Made by a program: the position numbers and the translations under genes
Origin: Candidatus Tayloriibacteriota bacterium
GTDB taxonomy: Bacteria; Patescibacteriota; Minisyncoccia; Phycocordibacterales; PALSA-1337
Assembly: GCA_025353045.1 (NCBI GenBank)
Contig: JANXRK010000045.1
Coordinates: 1 to 34,800 of the forward strand
DNA: 34,800 bases
Reading direction: 5' to 3'
Notes under the pieces: model-generated
The model's input: the letters and a program-made list of their open reading frames with translations, nothing else
Databases searched by the model: none
What the model was told of the DNA's origin: nothing
Part shown: positions 8,766-20,300 of the stretch, piece after piece
How the letters are laid out: each line of letters opens with the position of its first letter
Numbering within the stretch: position 1 is the stretch's first letter

Positions 8766-10454
8766 TTATTTCAGACCCTTATTCTTAGCCGCTTTGATAA
8801 ATTGAGTAAAAAGAGGATGTGGAGAAAGTGGTCGAGCGAGGAATTCTGGATGGAATTGTGTGCCCAAGAAAAATGGATGCTCCGTGACAGGAAGTTCGGC
8901 GATTTCCATCAACGTTCCATCTGGTGACGTTCCAGAAAATACCAAACCAGCATCGCTTATCTCTTTAATATATTTTGGATTTACTTCGTATCGATGTCGA
9001 TGTCGTTCGAGAATGGTTGAAGTTCCATAGGCACTCTCAGCAATTGAGCCTTTTAAAAGGTTCGCTTTATATGTCCCGAGCCTCATACTTCCTCCATAAT
9101 TTTTATCTAAAAGTTTTTGCTTTTGATCTGGCATAATATCGATGATAACGTGAGGTGCTTTAGGATTTATCTCAGCAGTATGAGCGCCATCGAGACCGAG
9201 AACATTTCGAGCGTACTCAATAGTCATTAGCTGCATACCATAACAAAGTCCAAAATATGGGATCTTATTTTCTCGAGCGTAACGTATAACATTGAGCTTT
9301 CCCTCAATTCCCTTTTCTCCAAATCCTCCAGGAACCACGATTCCATCAAATTTATCGAGAACAGAATAATCAGCATTTTCTTTTTCGAAATCATTTGCAT
9401 TGACTGTATGAATCTTAGGCTTAACTTTTTGTGAATATGCAGAGTATTTGATGGCTTCCAAAACCGAAACGTATGCATCAGTAAGAACAAAATCTCCCGT
9501 ACTAAAATATTTTCCGACAATAGCGATATTCACTTCTTTTTCAGTATTCTTTACAGCTTGAGCAAATTTCTTCCAAGCTCCGAGTCCTGGGCCCTTTCTT
9601 TTTTCGAGTTTAAGTGATTTCAAAATAATATTGCCAATCTTATCTTTCTCAAAGTTCAAAGGCACATCGTAGACACTATCAATATCTGGCGCAGAGATGA
9701 CATTTTCTGTAGAAATATTACATGCGATACCAATTTTTTCCTTTCTCTTTTGATCCACAAGAACTTCAGATCGGGCGATGATAATATCAGTATGGACACC
9801 GTATCCTGCTAGCTGATTCACTGCATTTTGAGTTGGTCGAGTTTTCATTTCACCAATTTTATTTGGAATTGGAAGGTAACTAACCATGACAAAGATTATA
9901 TCTTCTGGGTGCTTAATTTTCAAAACACGAGCTGCTTCGATGAACATAATGTTTTGATAATCTCCAACAGTACCACCAATTTCAATAATTGAAATTTCTG
10001 ATTTATTTAACTTAGCAGCATTTTCATATCGACTAACGATTTCATCACGAATATGCGGCACAGCCTCGACGCATCGTCCACCAAATCCCAAATTTCTTTC
10101 TTTATCAATGACATACTTATACACCATTCCTGAAGTAATATAATCCTCATGTTTCAAATCTCTATTCAAGAAACGTTCGTAGTTTCCCATATCTTGATCA
10201 GTCTCCAATCCAGAATTTAAAACAAAAACCTCACCGTGTTCAGTGGGGTTCATTGTTCCTGCATCGACATTTAAATAGGGGTCAGCTTTAACAAGATTAA
10301 CTTTGTACCCCTTCGCCTGAAGAAGGGTGCCTAAAGAAGATGTAGCAATACCTTTTCCCACTCCAGACATAACTCCACCAACGACGAAAATATATTTATG
10401 ATTGGTTTTCTTATTCTTTACTTTCTTTTCTTTCGTAACAGTCTTTCGTCTCAT
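8766..10454 (-). CDS. pyrG: CTP synthase
   Basis: Motifs GGVMSGVGKG, DPYLNVDAGTM, GLCYGMQ, RHRHRYE, TQFHPEF. Confidence 0.98.
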   Translation of the reverse strand: MRRKTVTKEKKVKNKKTNHKYIFVVGGVMSGVGKGIATSSLGTLLQAKGYKVNLVKADPYLNVDAGTMNPTEHGEVFVLNSGLETDQDMGNYERFLNRDLKHEDYITSGMVYKYVIDKERNLGFGGRCVEAVPHIRDEIVSRYENAAKLNKSEISIIEIGGTVGDYQNIMFIEAARVLKIKHPEDIIFVMVSYLPIPNKIGEMKTRPTQNAVNQLAGYGVHTDIIIARSEVLVDQKRKEKIGIACNISTENVISAPDIDSVYDVPLNFEKDKIGNIILKSLKLEKRKGPGLGAWKKFAQAVKNTEKEVNIAIVGKYFSTGDFVLTDAYVSVLEAIKYSAYSQKVKPKIHTVNANDFEKENADYSVLDKFDGIVVPGGFGEKGIEGKLNVIRYARENKIPYFGLCYGMQLMTIEYARNVLGLDGAHTAEINPKAPHVIIDIMPDQKQKLLDKNYGGSMRLGTYKANLLKGSIAESAYGTSTILERHRHRYEVNPKYIKEISDAGLVFSGTSPDGTLMEIAELPVTEHPFFLGTQFHPEFLARPLSPHPLFTQFIKAAKNKGLK

Positions 10455-10475
10455 AATCGTATATTATCACATATT

Positions 10476-11426
10476 TTAAACCCGTAAATACCTCTTAACA
10501 GCCATATAACTTGATATGGCTCCAAGAATAATTCCAGAGCCCATGATGATGCCAAATATTTGACCAAAGTTTTGAAGGAAATAACTTGAGAAGACATTTG
10601 TAAGAATTGGGAAGTCATTTACATTTTGAATACCAGCAAATTTCATAATCATGGCGTCACTATAGAATGCAAAAGCGCCGAGGATAATCAAAGTCAAAAT
10701 CCCTGAGAATATTCCATACATTGCACCAGAAATAACAAATGGACCTCGAATGTAAATATTTGATGCACCAACAAGCTTCATAACTGAGATTTCATCTTTT
10801 GCTGTAAAAATAATAAGTCGTACGGTATTAAATACGATAACAATAGCAACTATTACGAAGAGAATAGCGATGATTGAACCTGTCTTTTCAACGGCTGGAA
10901 TTATTCGACCGAGACGATCAATGATTAGTTTATTTTGATTGTAGTTAATCTTATCAATGATATCAGTGCCATTTTGAGATGAATTTTTACCGTTGAGGAA
11001 TGTGGCAATACCAGCGTATTGAGATGGCTCTTTGGCTTTTATATTTAGAACTGCTGGAAATGGATTTGAACCGATTTCATCAAGTCCTTGCATGATAAGT
11101 GCATTATCTTGCCATTTTGTTTTAAAATCTGTAAGAGCCTGATCACGAGAAATGTATTCAACTTTGAGAACTTCCGGTAATGCTTCTATAGTCTTTCTTA
11201 GTGAAAAAATATCCGATTCTTGAGTATCAAGAGTAAAATAAACGTTTATATCTACTTTATTTTTAACTGCTTTTATCAAAGCGCGACCGAAGGCACTACC
11301 AAAAATCAAGGCTCCAAAAACGGTAAGCGAAAGGGTGATAACAATCACAGCTGAAAAAGAAAGAAATCCATTTCTCCAAAAATTTATAAAACCCGTGCGA
11401 ATTATTCTTTTAAAATATGTAAACAT
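10476..11426 (-). CDS. ftsX: Cell division ABC permease FtsX
   Basis: Four-TM layout with an extracellular loop; NTVRLII..EISVMKLVGA; adjacent to ftsE. Confidence 0.92.
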   Translation of the reverse strand: MFTYFKRIIRTGFINFWRNGFLSFSAVIVITLSLTVFGALIFGSAFGRALIKAVKNKVDINVYFTLDTQESDIFSLRKTIEALPEVLKVEYISRDQALTDFKTKWQDNALIMQGLDEIGSNPFPAVLNIKAKEPSQYAGIATFLNGKNSSQNGTDIIDKINYNQNKLIIDRLGRIIPAVEKTGSIIAILFVIVAIVIVFNTVRLIIFTAKDEISVMKLVGASNIYIRGPFVISGAMYGIFSGILTLIILGAFAFYSDAMIMKFAGIQNVNDFPILTNVFSSYFLQNFGQIFGIIMGSGIILGAISSYMAVKRYLRV

Positions 11427-11435
11427 GAATACTTA

Positions 11436-12116
11436 TTATAAAACGTATTTGCCGTGCTTATCGTCGCGGATAACTTTACCTTTTTCCATGGTGATCACTC
11501 GGCCTCCAATCTCATCGACAACGCTTTTATCGTGAGTGGTAAGTATAACGGTTGTACCAAGCTTATGAATCTTTTGGAAAATTTTGATGATCTCAAGAGT
11601 GTTTACTGGATCAAGATTTCCTGTCGGTTCATCGGCCATAATTATATCAGGTTGAGTAACGATAGCACGTGCGATCGCCACTCTCTGTTTCTCACCTCCT
11701 GAAAGCTCGTGAGGAAAGTTCCATATCTTATTTCCCAAATCCACAAGCTCAAGAACATGCGGAACATCACTCTTTATTTCACTATCAGTCCTCCCAACCG
11801 CCTCCATAGCAAATGCAATGTTTTCATATGCCGTCTTATTCGCAATCAACCTAAAATCCTGAAACACCGTCCCTATTCGGCGGCGAAGCTTATTCATCTG
11901 ACCTTTTCCAAGCTTATGAACATTGGCTGATTCAAAGAATACAGATCCATAAGTTGGCTTATCCTCAGCGATAATCATCTTCATCAAAGTGGTCTTTCCA
12001 GCCCCAGAATGCCCCACAATAGTAACAAACTCTGCCGGTTCAACAGTAAAACTAACCTTATCAAGGGCCATAGATTCATCAGGGTAAATTTTGCTTACTT
12101 TATCGAAGTAAATCAT
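11436..12116 (-). CDS. ftsE: Cell division ATP-binding protein FtsE
   Basis: Motifs GHSGAGKT, LRRRIGTVFQDFRL, LSGGEKQR, ADEPTGNLD. Confidence 0.95.
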   Translation of the reverse strand: MIYFDKVSKIYPDESMALDKVSFTVEPAEFVTIVGHSGAGKTTLMKMIIAEDKPTYGSVFFESANVHKLGKGQMNKLRRRIGTVFQDFRLIANKTAYENIAFAMEAVGRTDSEIKSDVPHVLELVDLGNKIWNFPHELSGGEKQRVAIARAIVTQPDIIMADEPTGNLDPVNTLEIIKIFQKIHKLGTTVILTTHDKSVVDEIGGRVITMEKGKVIRDDKHGKYVL

Positions 12117-12137
12117 GGCCTAATTATATCACAAATC

Positions 12138-13031
12138 CTAAAGTGCACGCTCGGCGGCGATGAAATCATCGAGGTCTCCTTCAAGTACTTTGTCCACCTG
12201 GCTCGTCTCAACATCTGTCCTATGATCTTTAACCATTTTATATGGATGAAAAACATATGATCGTATCTGATTTCCCCACTCTATAGAAGTAGTCTTACTA
12301 ATATACATTCCCTTTTCTCGAGCAACTCTTTCCTCTTCCATTTGTTTAAAAAGTTTACCTTTCAAAATATCCAAAGCTTTTTCTTTATTTTGTGCTTGAG
12401 AACGCTCAGATGTTACATGAACAGAAAGTCCTGTCGGCCTATGAATGATGCGCACAGCCGTTTCTCTTTTATTTACATTCTGACCTCCAGGGCCGCCAGA
12501 TTTTGCAATGGAAATATCGAGATCTTTATCTTCCAAAACAAGATCTGCACTATTTGTCTTTTCAAATTTAGGAATAATTTCAACCATTGAAAAAGAAGTA
12601 TGCCGCAGTTGTTTAGAATTGAACGGAGAAATTCTTACAAGACGATGCACACCACTTTCATTTTTTAAAGTTCCATAGACATCTTTTCCACTTATTTCAA
12701 CTGTAATGTTTCGATAGCCGCCATGATCGTTTGTATTTTCATGAATAAGTTCCATTCCCCAACCTTTATTCTCAGATAATTTTCTATACATACGATAAAG
12801 GATTGCTGAAAAATCCTCAGCATCGTCACCTCCTGCTCCAGAAAAAATCGTCAATATGGCATTACCCTTATCGAATTTACCTATACCAACCAAAGCATCT
12901 TTGAGATCCTGAAGCTCTTTAATCATGCCCTGAGCTTTTTGAGGATTAGACCAAAATTCAGCATCGGCTATAGCTGTCTCTATCTCTGATATTCTTACTT
13001 TGGTCTTTTCTATATTATTTTTTACTATCAT
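12138..13031 (-). CDS. prfB: Peptide chain release factor 2, short form with no visible frameshift
   Basis: RF2 SPF tripeptide in GVHRLVRISPF; GGPGGQ; WGNQIRSY. Confidence 0.93.
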   Translation of the reverse strand: MIVKNNIEKTKVRISEIETAIADAEFWSNPQKAQGMIKELQDLKDALVGIGKFDKGNAILTIFSGAGGDDAEDFSAILYRMYRKLSENKGWGMELIHENTNDHGGYRNITVEISGKDVYGTLKNESGVHRLVRISPFNSKQLRHTSFSMVEIIPKFEKTNSADLVLEDKDLDISIAKSGGPGGQNVNKRETAVRIIHRPTGLSVHVTSERSQAQNKEKALDILKGKLFKQMEEERVAREKGMYISKTTSIEWGNQIRSYVFHPYKMVKDHRTDVETSQVDKVLEGDLDDFIAAERAL

Positions 13032-13033
13032 TT

Positions 13034-13555
13034 TTACTGATGAGTCTCTTTAGAAGGAGAATTTGTTTTTGTATTGAGTTTTGAATTTTGAGATTTACGA
13101 ATATTAATAAAAGACACGGTTACGGGAACTGGCAGATGATTTGTAATCAGAGAAGTCATCGCATCTGGAAGTTGATTTGGCTTAGTCAGTTTTGGTGTTA
13201 ATTTAGATTTATTTTTATTGATTGAGTTATTGGGGATATTATTAATTAAAGAATGAAAGTCTATAGTGTCATTAATCTTCACCAAAGAAAATCGTGAACG
13301 ATTTAGTTTTTTGGTTGAGGTTGAGATTGCTTCAGTCAAATGCCAAGTTGTAGTTGCGTTATTATCTACTGTTTGAGCATCTATTGCACCATCTAAGACA
13401 CTGATTACTAGAGCATTTTTTACAAAAAGATTGTTGGGAAGAAAATATATACTGGTCTGATCTTTTTTATTTGTTTTAGCACCAAATACAATAGATGGTG
13501 TCAAAATCAAACCAAATAATACAAGAGACACTAGAAGATTATTTTTAATTTTCAT
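13034..13555 (-). CDS. Hypothetical exported protein
   Basis: 173-aa ORF with an N-terminal signal peptide; TGtTATAAT upstream. Confidence 0.7.
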   Translation of the reverse strand: MKIKNNLLVSLVLFGLILTPSIVFGAKTNKKDQTSIYFLPNNLFVKNALVISVLDGAIDAQTVDNNATTTWHLTEAISTSTKKLNRSRFSLVKINDTIDFHSLINNIPNNSINKNKSKLTPKLTKPNQLPDAMTSLITNHLPVPVTVSFINIRKSQNSKLNTKTNSPSKETHQ

Positions 13556-13589
13556 ATTTATTTTAATTTAATTATAACACAGATCATTT

Positions 13590-13665
13590 TGGAGCCAAAG
13601 GTGAGAATCGGACTCACGACCTACGCTTTACGAAAGCGTTGCTCTACCAACTGAGCTACTTTGGC
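13590..13665 (-). tRNA. tRNA-Thr(CGT)
   Basis: GCCAAAG acceptor; ACGCT-TTCGTAA-AGCGT anticodon arm; T-loop TCCGATT; encoded CCA. Confidence 0.95.
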
Positions 13666-13671
13666 TTAGGG

Positions 13672-13744
13672 AGCCGTTGTCCGGGATTGAACCGGAGACC
13701 TCGTCATTACCAATGACGTGCTCTACCAACTGAGCTACAACGGC
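13672..13744 (-). tRNA. tRNA-Thr(GGT)
   Basis: GCCGTTG acceptor; CGTCA-TTGGTAA-TGACG anticodon arm; T-loop TTCAATC. Confidence 0.95.
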
Positions 13745-13845
13745 AAACATTTTAACACTGACTAAGAATAGTCTATTTACTAAATGTTTTCAATAATTAG
13801 TACATATATAAGCCACTATTGAAGTCTTACAAATAATTTACTTTG

Positions 13846-13919
13846 CGCGATCGGCGGGACTCGAACCCGTAACCTCCCACGTGACAGGCGGGTGCTCTAA
13901 CCAGTTGAGCTACGATCGC
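13846..13919 (-). tRNA. tRNA-Asp(GTC)
   Basis: GCGATCG acceptor; CCCGC-CTGTCAC-GTGGG anticodon arm; G73 discriminator. Confidence 0.95.
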
Positions 13920-13977
13920 AATGACTCTAAATGTATCAAAAATAAGCAAAAACGCAAGAAAATGATAGACCCAATTG

Positions 13978-14048
13978 TGTCGGTGAATGGAATCGGACCA
14001 TTGTCTGAGGCTTATGAGTCCTCCGTTCTACCATTGAACTACACCGAC
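13978..14048 (-). tRNA. tRNA with CAT anticodon, probably Ile2 (otherwise elongator Met)
   Basis: GTCGGTG acceptor; GAGGA-CTCATAA-GCCTC anticodon arm; 4-nt variable loop; T-loop TCCGATT; A73. Confidence 0.8.
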
Positions 14049-14059
14049 ATATATCCTTG

Positions 14060-14131
14060 TTGCGGAGGTCGGAATCGAACCGACAATCTTCAGGTTATGA
14101 GCCTGACGAGCTACCGTTGCTCTACCCCGCT
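14060..14131 (-). tRNA. Initiator tRNA-fMet(CAT)
   Basis: A1xA72 mismatch; GCGGGGTAGAGCA...GCTCGTCAGGCTCATAACCTGA initiator-type body. Confidence 0.88.
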
Positions 14132-14172
14132 ATGACTATGCATATTAACACAAAAGTAGCGAGGTAGGCAAG

Positions 14173-14772
14173 CTATATATAGAAAAACTCCTCGAAGACC
14201 TTACGATACTGCTGAATAGTGCGCCGTGCATCTGATTGACTAAATAGATAATCGGACCCTGCATGCGCCAATTCATTTCGCACTTTATGTGCAGACCATG
14301 CATCGTCGAGGGTTTTAAAATCACCTTTATTTGCACGTTTAAGCTGTTCACCAATCCCCTCACCTTTATATCCTAATTGAGTCAAAAGATCGCCTAAAAT
14401 AATATCAGCTTCGATGATAGCCTGTCTCCAATCATTTTCGTTTTGCGATTCAACATGTTTCGTCGCTGAATCCCATTTTTTAGCAATTTCTGGATTACCC
14501 TTTGGTTTTGTGGGACTTGTTTCGGTATATCCCATCTCAATTGGTTTATCAAAAATTTCTGCTTCTTTTCGACGAACGGTCTTTAATTTTTCAATGACAA
14601 TAATAATACAAATAAAGAGTACGAGACATAGCGGCAGCGAAAAAATTACAAGAAAAGTGAAAACTGGCTTTATATAAGGTGCGACTACAGAAAAATTAGT
14701 AGTTATGAAATTAATAGTCGGACTAATATCAATTGTTGATCCGTGTATGATACCTATTGAATTATTTTGCAT
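14173..14772 (-). CDS. Membrane-anchored hypothetical protein with a HEPN-like C-terminal domain
   Basis: TM helix followed by AIIEADIIL..LL...GYKGEGIGEQLK and RNELAH (Rx4H); starts 1 nt after the gatA stop. Confidence 0.75.
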   Translation of the reverse strand: MQNNSIGIIHGSTIDISPTINFITTNFSVVAPYIKPVFTFLVIFSLPLCLVLFICIIIVIEKLKTVRRKEAEIFDKPIEMGYTETSPTKPKGNPEIAKKWDSATKHVESQNENDWRQAIIEADIILGDLLTQLGYKGEGIGEQLKRANKGDFKTLDDAWSAHKVRNELAHAGSDYLFSQSDARRTIQQYRKVFEEFFYI

Positions 14773-14773
14773 A

Positions 14774-16186
14774 TTATTCTTTCAAAAATTCCTTCCCTGC
14801 TTTAAAAAGCAAAGCCTCATTTCCATGCAGCGCGGTCATTTGGATTCCTAGTGGAAGCTTTCCACTTACACCTGAAGGAATCGAAATAGCTGGCATTCCA
14901 GTGAGATTTGCAGTGACCGTAAATATATCTTCGAGATACATTGCTACAGGATCTGAAATCTTTTCACCAATCTTGAAAGCCGGAGCGGGAGTTGTAGGTG
15001 TTAGTATTATATCAACAGTTTTAAAAGCTGTCTCAAAGTCAGAGGTGATAACTCGTCGAAGTGCATTTGCGCGGTTGTAGTATGCATCATAGTATCCAGA
15101 AGAAAGAATGTAGGTTCCAAGAAGAACTCTCCGCCTTACTTCTTTTCCAAAACCAGCTCCACGAGTCTCAAAGTAATCATCGATACCATCTTTTCCATCT
15201 TTATGAAGACCGAATCTAACACCGTCAAATCGCGAAAGGTTTGAACTTACTTCAGCAGGCATAATTACATAATACACAGGAAGTGAATACGCAATATTTG
15301 GAAGCTCAACATCTTTTATTTCATATCCCAGTTTTTTAAAGTTTTCTATTGATTCTTCAAAGTTTTTTAAGACATCTTTATTAATTCCATCTCCTTTTAG
15401 AAAAGCCTTAGGAATTCCGATAGTTAATTTTTTATCAGTTTTTTTAGTTTTGTAAGTAGTATCAGAAATAGTAGTACTATCTAAACTATCATTTCCTTTT
15501 ATAGTATTAAAAATAATTTCTGCATCAGTGACTGTTTTTGCAAAAGGACCGATCTGATCCAAAGAAGATCCCATAGCCATCACGCCATTTCGTGAGACTG
15601 CTCCGTATGTTGCCTTGAGTCCTACCAATCCACAGAACGATGCCGGCTGTCTAATAGATCCTCCCGTATCAGATCCGAGTGCAGCTAAAGCCCCGTCCAT
15701 AGCAAGAGCTGCAGCAGATCCACCAGATGATCCTCCAGCCACTCGCTCTGTATCATATGGATTCTTTGTAACTCCATATGCAGAGTTTTCTGTTGAACCT
15801 CCCATGGCGAATTCATCCATATTAGTTCGACCGATAAATACAGCACCTTCTCTTTTTAATTTTTCGATGACTGTCGCGTCGTAGGTAGCATGATAGTTTT
15901 CAAGAATTTTTGATGCTGATCCAGCTCGTCTTCCTTTTATTAAGATATTATCTTTTATCGCAAAAGGAATTCCAGTAAGCAGAGTTGCTGCTCCAGCTTT
16001 AAATCGTGTGTCTGCTGCTTGTGCCTGTTCTTCAGCGTCTTTGAAAACCTCGAGATATGCATTGATTTCAGGATTTTTCTTTTTAATTTCTTCTAAATAT
16101 GCCTTGGTCAAATCAACAGCAGAATATTTTCCAGACTTGATATCTTCATGAGCCTTTTTGATTGTGAGATTTTTGAGGTCGATCAT
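14774..16186 (-). CDS. gatA: Asp/Glu-tRNA amidotransferase subunit A
   Basis: Amidase signature GGSSGGS and GSDTGGSIRQPA; RFDGVRFG; SSGYYDAYY. Confidence 0.97.
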   Translation of the reverse strand: MIDLKNLTIKKAHEDIKSGKYSAVDLTKAYLEEIKKKNPEINAYLEVFKDAEEQAQAADTRFKAGAATLLTGIPFAIKDNILIKGRRAGSASKILENYHATYDATVIEKLKREGAVFIGRTNMDEFAMGGSTENSAYGVTKNPYDTERVAGGSSGGSAAALAMDGALAALGSDTGGSIRQPASFCGLVGLKATYGAVSRNGVMAMGSSLDQIGPFAKTVTDAEIIFNTIKGNDSLDSTTISDTTYKTKKTDKKLTIGIPKAFLKGDGINKDVLKNFEESIENFKKLGYEIKDVELPNIAYSLPVYYVIMPAEVSSNLSRFDGVRFGLHKDGKDGIDDYFETRGAGFGKEVRRRVLLGTYILSSGYYDAYYNRANALRRVITSDFETAFKTVDIILTPTTPAPAFKIGEKISDPVAMYLEDIFTVTANLTGMPAISIPSGVSGKLPLGIQMTALHGNEALLFKAGKEFLKE

Positions 16187-16197
16187 ATTGAGTCAAA

Positions 16198-16491
16198 TTA
16201 GTCTTGAGCAATTATTTTCTTAACCGCAACAAAATCTCCTTCCCGCTCCGGAGCTTGTTTCAAAAGTGCTTCTCGGTCTTCTGGCGGAAGAACTCGAGAT
16301 TCATCTTCGCGGAAGATGTTGTGAACGATTCCAACTATAGGAGTGTGATCAATATCAAGAGTGGCTTTCTTTATTTGATCGATGTAAGTAAGAATAGAGT
16401 CAATTTCTTTGGTAAGGCCTTGTTTTTCGGCATCAGTGAGCTTTATACGGGCCAAAGTAGCCAATTTCTCTATTTCAGTGACGGTTATCAT
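16198..16491 (-). CDS. gatC: Asp/Glu-tRNA amidotransferase subunit C
   Basis: EIEKLATLARIKL, ILTYIDQI, NIFRED, QAPEREGDFVAVKKI. Start reassigned to MITVTE (16491), 7 nt after TGtTACAAT. Confidence 0.93.
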   Translation of the reverse strand: MITVTEIEKLATLARIKLTDAEKQGLTKEIDSILTYIDQIKKATLDIDHTPIVGIVHNIFREDESRVLPPEDREALLKQAPEREGDFVAVKKIIAQD

Positions 16492-16578
16492 AAAGAAGAT
16501 TGTAACAGCAAAATCTGACTCTTGCAATTTGAAATAAATAAAGTATGATATTATCATATTAAATTATAATACAAATAC

Positions 16579-16800
16579 ATGACTACAATATCAGTGCCAA
16601 TCCCTGCGCATATGGAGGAATTCATTAAACAACAAATCAAAAGTGGAAATGCAGCAAATAAAGCGGACGTCGTTCGCAAGGCACTTTTGCGTATGAGTGA
16701 GGAGGAAGCTGTAAATGAAATACTGGAGGCAAGTAGAGAGGTTTCTGAAGGAAAAATTCTTCGAGGTGATCTTAGAGAGCTTGCAAAGAAGTTTAAATAA
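16579..16800 (+). CDS. ParD-like ribbon-helix-helix antitoxin
   Basis: MTTISVPIP..MEEFIKQQIKSG..ANKADVVRKAL; directly upstream of the toxin. Confidence 0.8.
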   Translation: MTTISVPIPAHMEEFIKQQIKSGNAANKADVVRKALLRMSEEEAVNEILEASREVSEGKILRGDLRELAKKFK

Positions 16801-16808
16801 TTTCCGAT

Positions 16809-17069
16809 ATGCTTATTGTCTCGTTCACACCAAAATTCATGCGGAGATATAAGAACCTTGAGGTTAGTCTCCAGAATGAGATTCTGGAGAAAATTGAATT
16901 GATCAAAGATCCCAGGAATCATAATAAACTCAAAGTTCATAAATTAAAAGGAAGATACGCTAATATTTTTAGTTTTTATGTAAATTACAAAATTCGTATC
17001 GTTTTTGAATATCTTTCCAAAAAAGAAGCTGTCTTACTTACTGTAGGAGATCATGATGTTTACAAATAA
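16809..17069 (+). CDS. RelE/ParE/YafQ-superfamily toxin
   Basis: Basic 86-aa protein with FTPKF, LKVHKLKG, RIVFE and VGDHDVY. Confidence 0.85.
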   Translation: MLIVSFTPKFMRRYKNLEVSLQNEILEKIELIKDPRNHNKLKVHKLKGRYANIFSFYVNYKIRIVFEYLSKKEAVLLTVGDHDVYK

Positions 17070-17079
17070 CCCTCTGCTC

Positions 17080-17291
17080 TCAATATATAAATTTTGAAGT
17101 TCGTAATGATTGAGAAAAACTTAATCGAGCTTGGTGAATACTGCTATCTATAAGTGAAGCATAATTTCCAGAGGTCGCAGTTGAAGTATCCAGCATACTA
17201 GTTTGAGCTGTAGAATCTGCCTGTGGGACTTTACCAGGTAAAGACTTCCAATATAAATTACTGCTGTCGAACCTTTTTGTGAAGTTATCAT
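17080..17291 (-). pseudogene. Degraded pilin-like or surface protein gene
   Basis: TATACT 6 nt before ATG; MITSQKGSTAVI resembles a class III signal start but has no hydrophobic helix; a Ser/Thr-rich continuation (YWKSLPGKVPQADSTAQTSMLDTSTATSG) lies in another frame. Confidence 0.45.
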
Positions 17292-17323
17292 AGAAATAGT
17301 ATACAATTAATGTTACTTAAGCT

Positions 17324-19312
<1,989 letters not shown>

Positions 19313-19332
19313 CTAAGAATATCACAGAGGAT

Positions 19333-19824
19333 TTAGTAGGTATAGTAGAGGGCACGTTCTACCTTTTTAGGGCTGGCTTTATCGCAAGTATTTGTACTTT
19401 TTGTCTCTCCAACATTATAGCCGCGCGATTCTATACTAGTGCTAATAGGACCCCCTACTGCAAACTTTTGGATGATAATTCTTGCGCATGAAATATCATT
19501 TCTATTTATGTCAAAAGTATAAATCTGAGGTGATCCAGCGGTATATGTTGGCGTACCAACACTAGAATTACTACAAGTCATTCCGTTAGCAAAGGTATTA
19601 TCTGTAATCGAAAACTTACCGAGATTATCATAATAAACGGCACATTCTATACCACTATCTGCAGCATAAAATGCTGTGGTTGATTCTCGAGCTGATGATG
19701 CCAAAAGAAATTCCTTTTTACTGATATTTAAGATTGAAATACCTACAGATAAAGTGAGCGCAGAAACAAGCACAGCGAAAAGTAATGTATAGCCTTTATT
19801 TTGTTGTGAATTTTTATACATCAT
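19333..19824 (-). CDS. PilX-like minor pilin
   Basis: KG|YTLLFAVL (no Glu at +5); AFYAADSGIECA. Confidence 0.8.
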   Translation of the reverse strand: MMYKNSQQNKGYTLLFAVLVSALTLSVGISILNISKKEFLLASSARESTTAFYAADSGIECAVYYDNLGKFSITDNTFANGMTCSNSSVGTPTYTAGSPQIYTFDINRNDISCARIIIQKFAVGGPISTSIESRGYNVGETKSTNTCDKASPKKVERALYYTY

Positions 19825-20300
19825 AATGATACATCAAATAAATCGTCAGTAAAAATAACAGAATTTTTCGAACCATCCCATAGAACAATGACTGTCGCTT
19901 CTGCCTCATGATTACTAAGACCATAAAATAATACATATCCTTGTCGAGAGAATTTCGTCTGCGTGCCTGTCGTATATTTTACATATGTACCATCAGAAGT
20001 ACTTACTCCCAATTGACAGGGTGAGTCATTGCAAGGATTTGAAGCTTTATAATTTGCGACCCATGTCGCAAAACTCATACCGCTAGCGAGAGCTGAATCT
20101 CTTTGATTTTTTATATCTTCCATCAAATCTTGGGCTAAAAAGGATGCGGTGACTTGGTCCTTAGCATAAATCGCTGCCATCAAACTTTTGTTTGCAATAG
20201 TTAATGGGCCAGCGATAGAAATCATAAGTATCGTAATCGCTACTAATGTTTCTATGATTGTAAATCCCCTATTCTTTTGTATATAATTTATTTTTATCAT
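19821..20300 (-). CDS. PilV-like minor pilin
   Basis: RG|FTIIETLVA N-methylation motif; ASFLAQDLMEDIK. Confidence 0.85.
   Translation of the reverse strand: MIKINYIQKNRGFTIIETLVAITILMISIAGPLTIANKSLMAAIYAKDQVTASFLAQDLMEDIKNQRDSALASGMSFATWVANYKASNPCNDSPCQLGVSTSDGTYVKYTTGTQTKFSRQGYVLFYGLSNHEAEATVIVLWDGSKNSVIFTDDLFDVSL

Noticed and set aside
13881..14135. 84-aa ORF over the tRNA cluster
   Set aside because: It is the antisense reading of tRNA genes.
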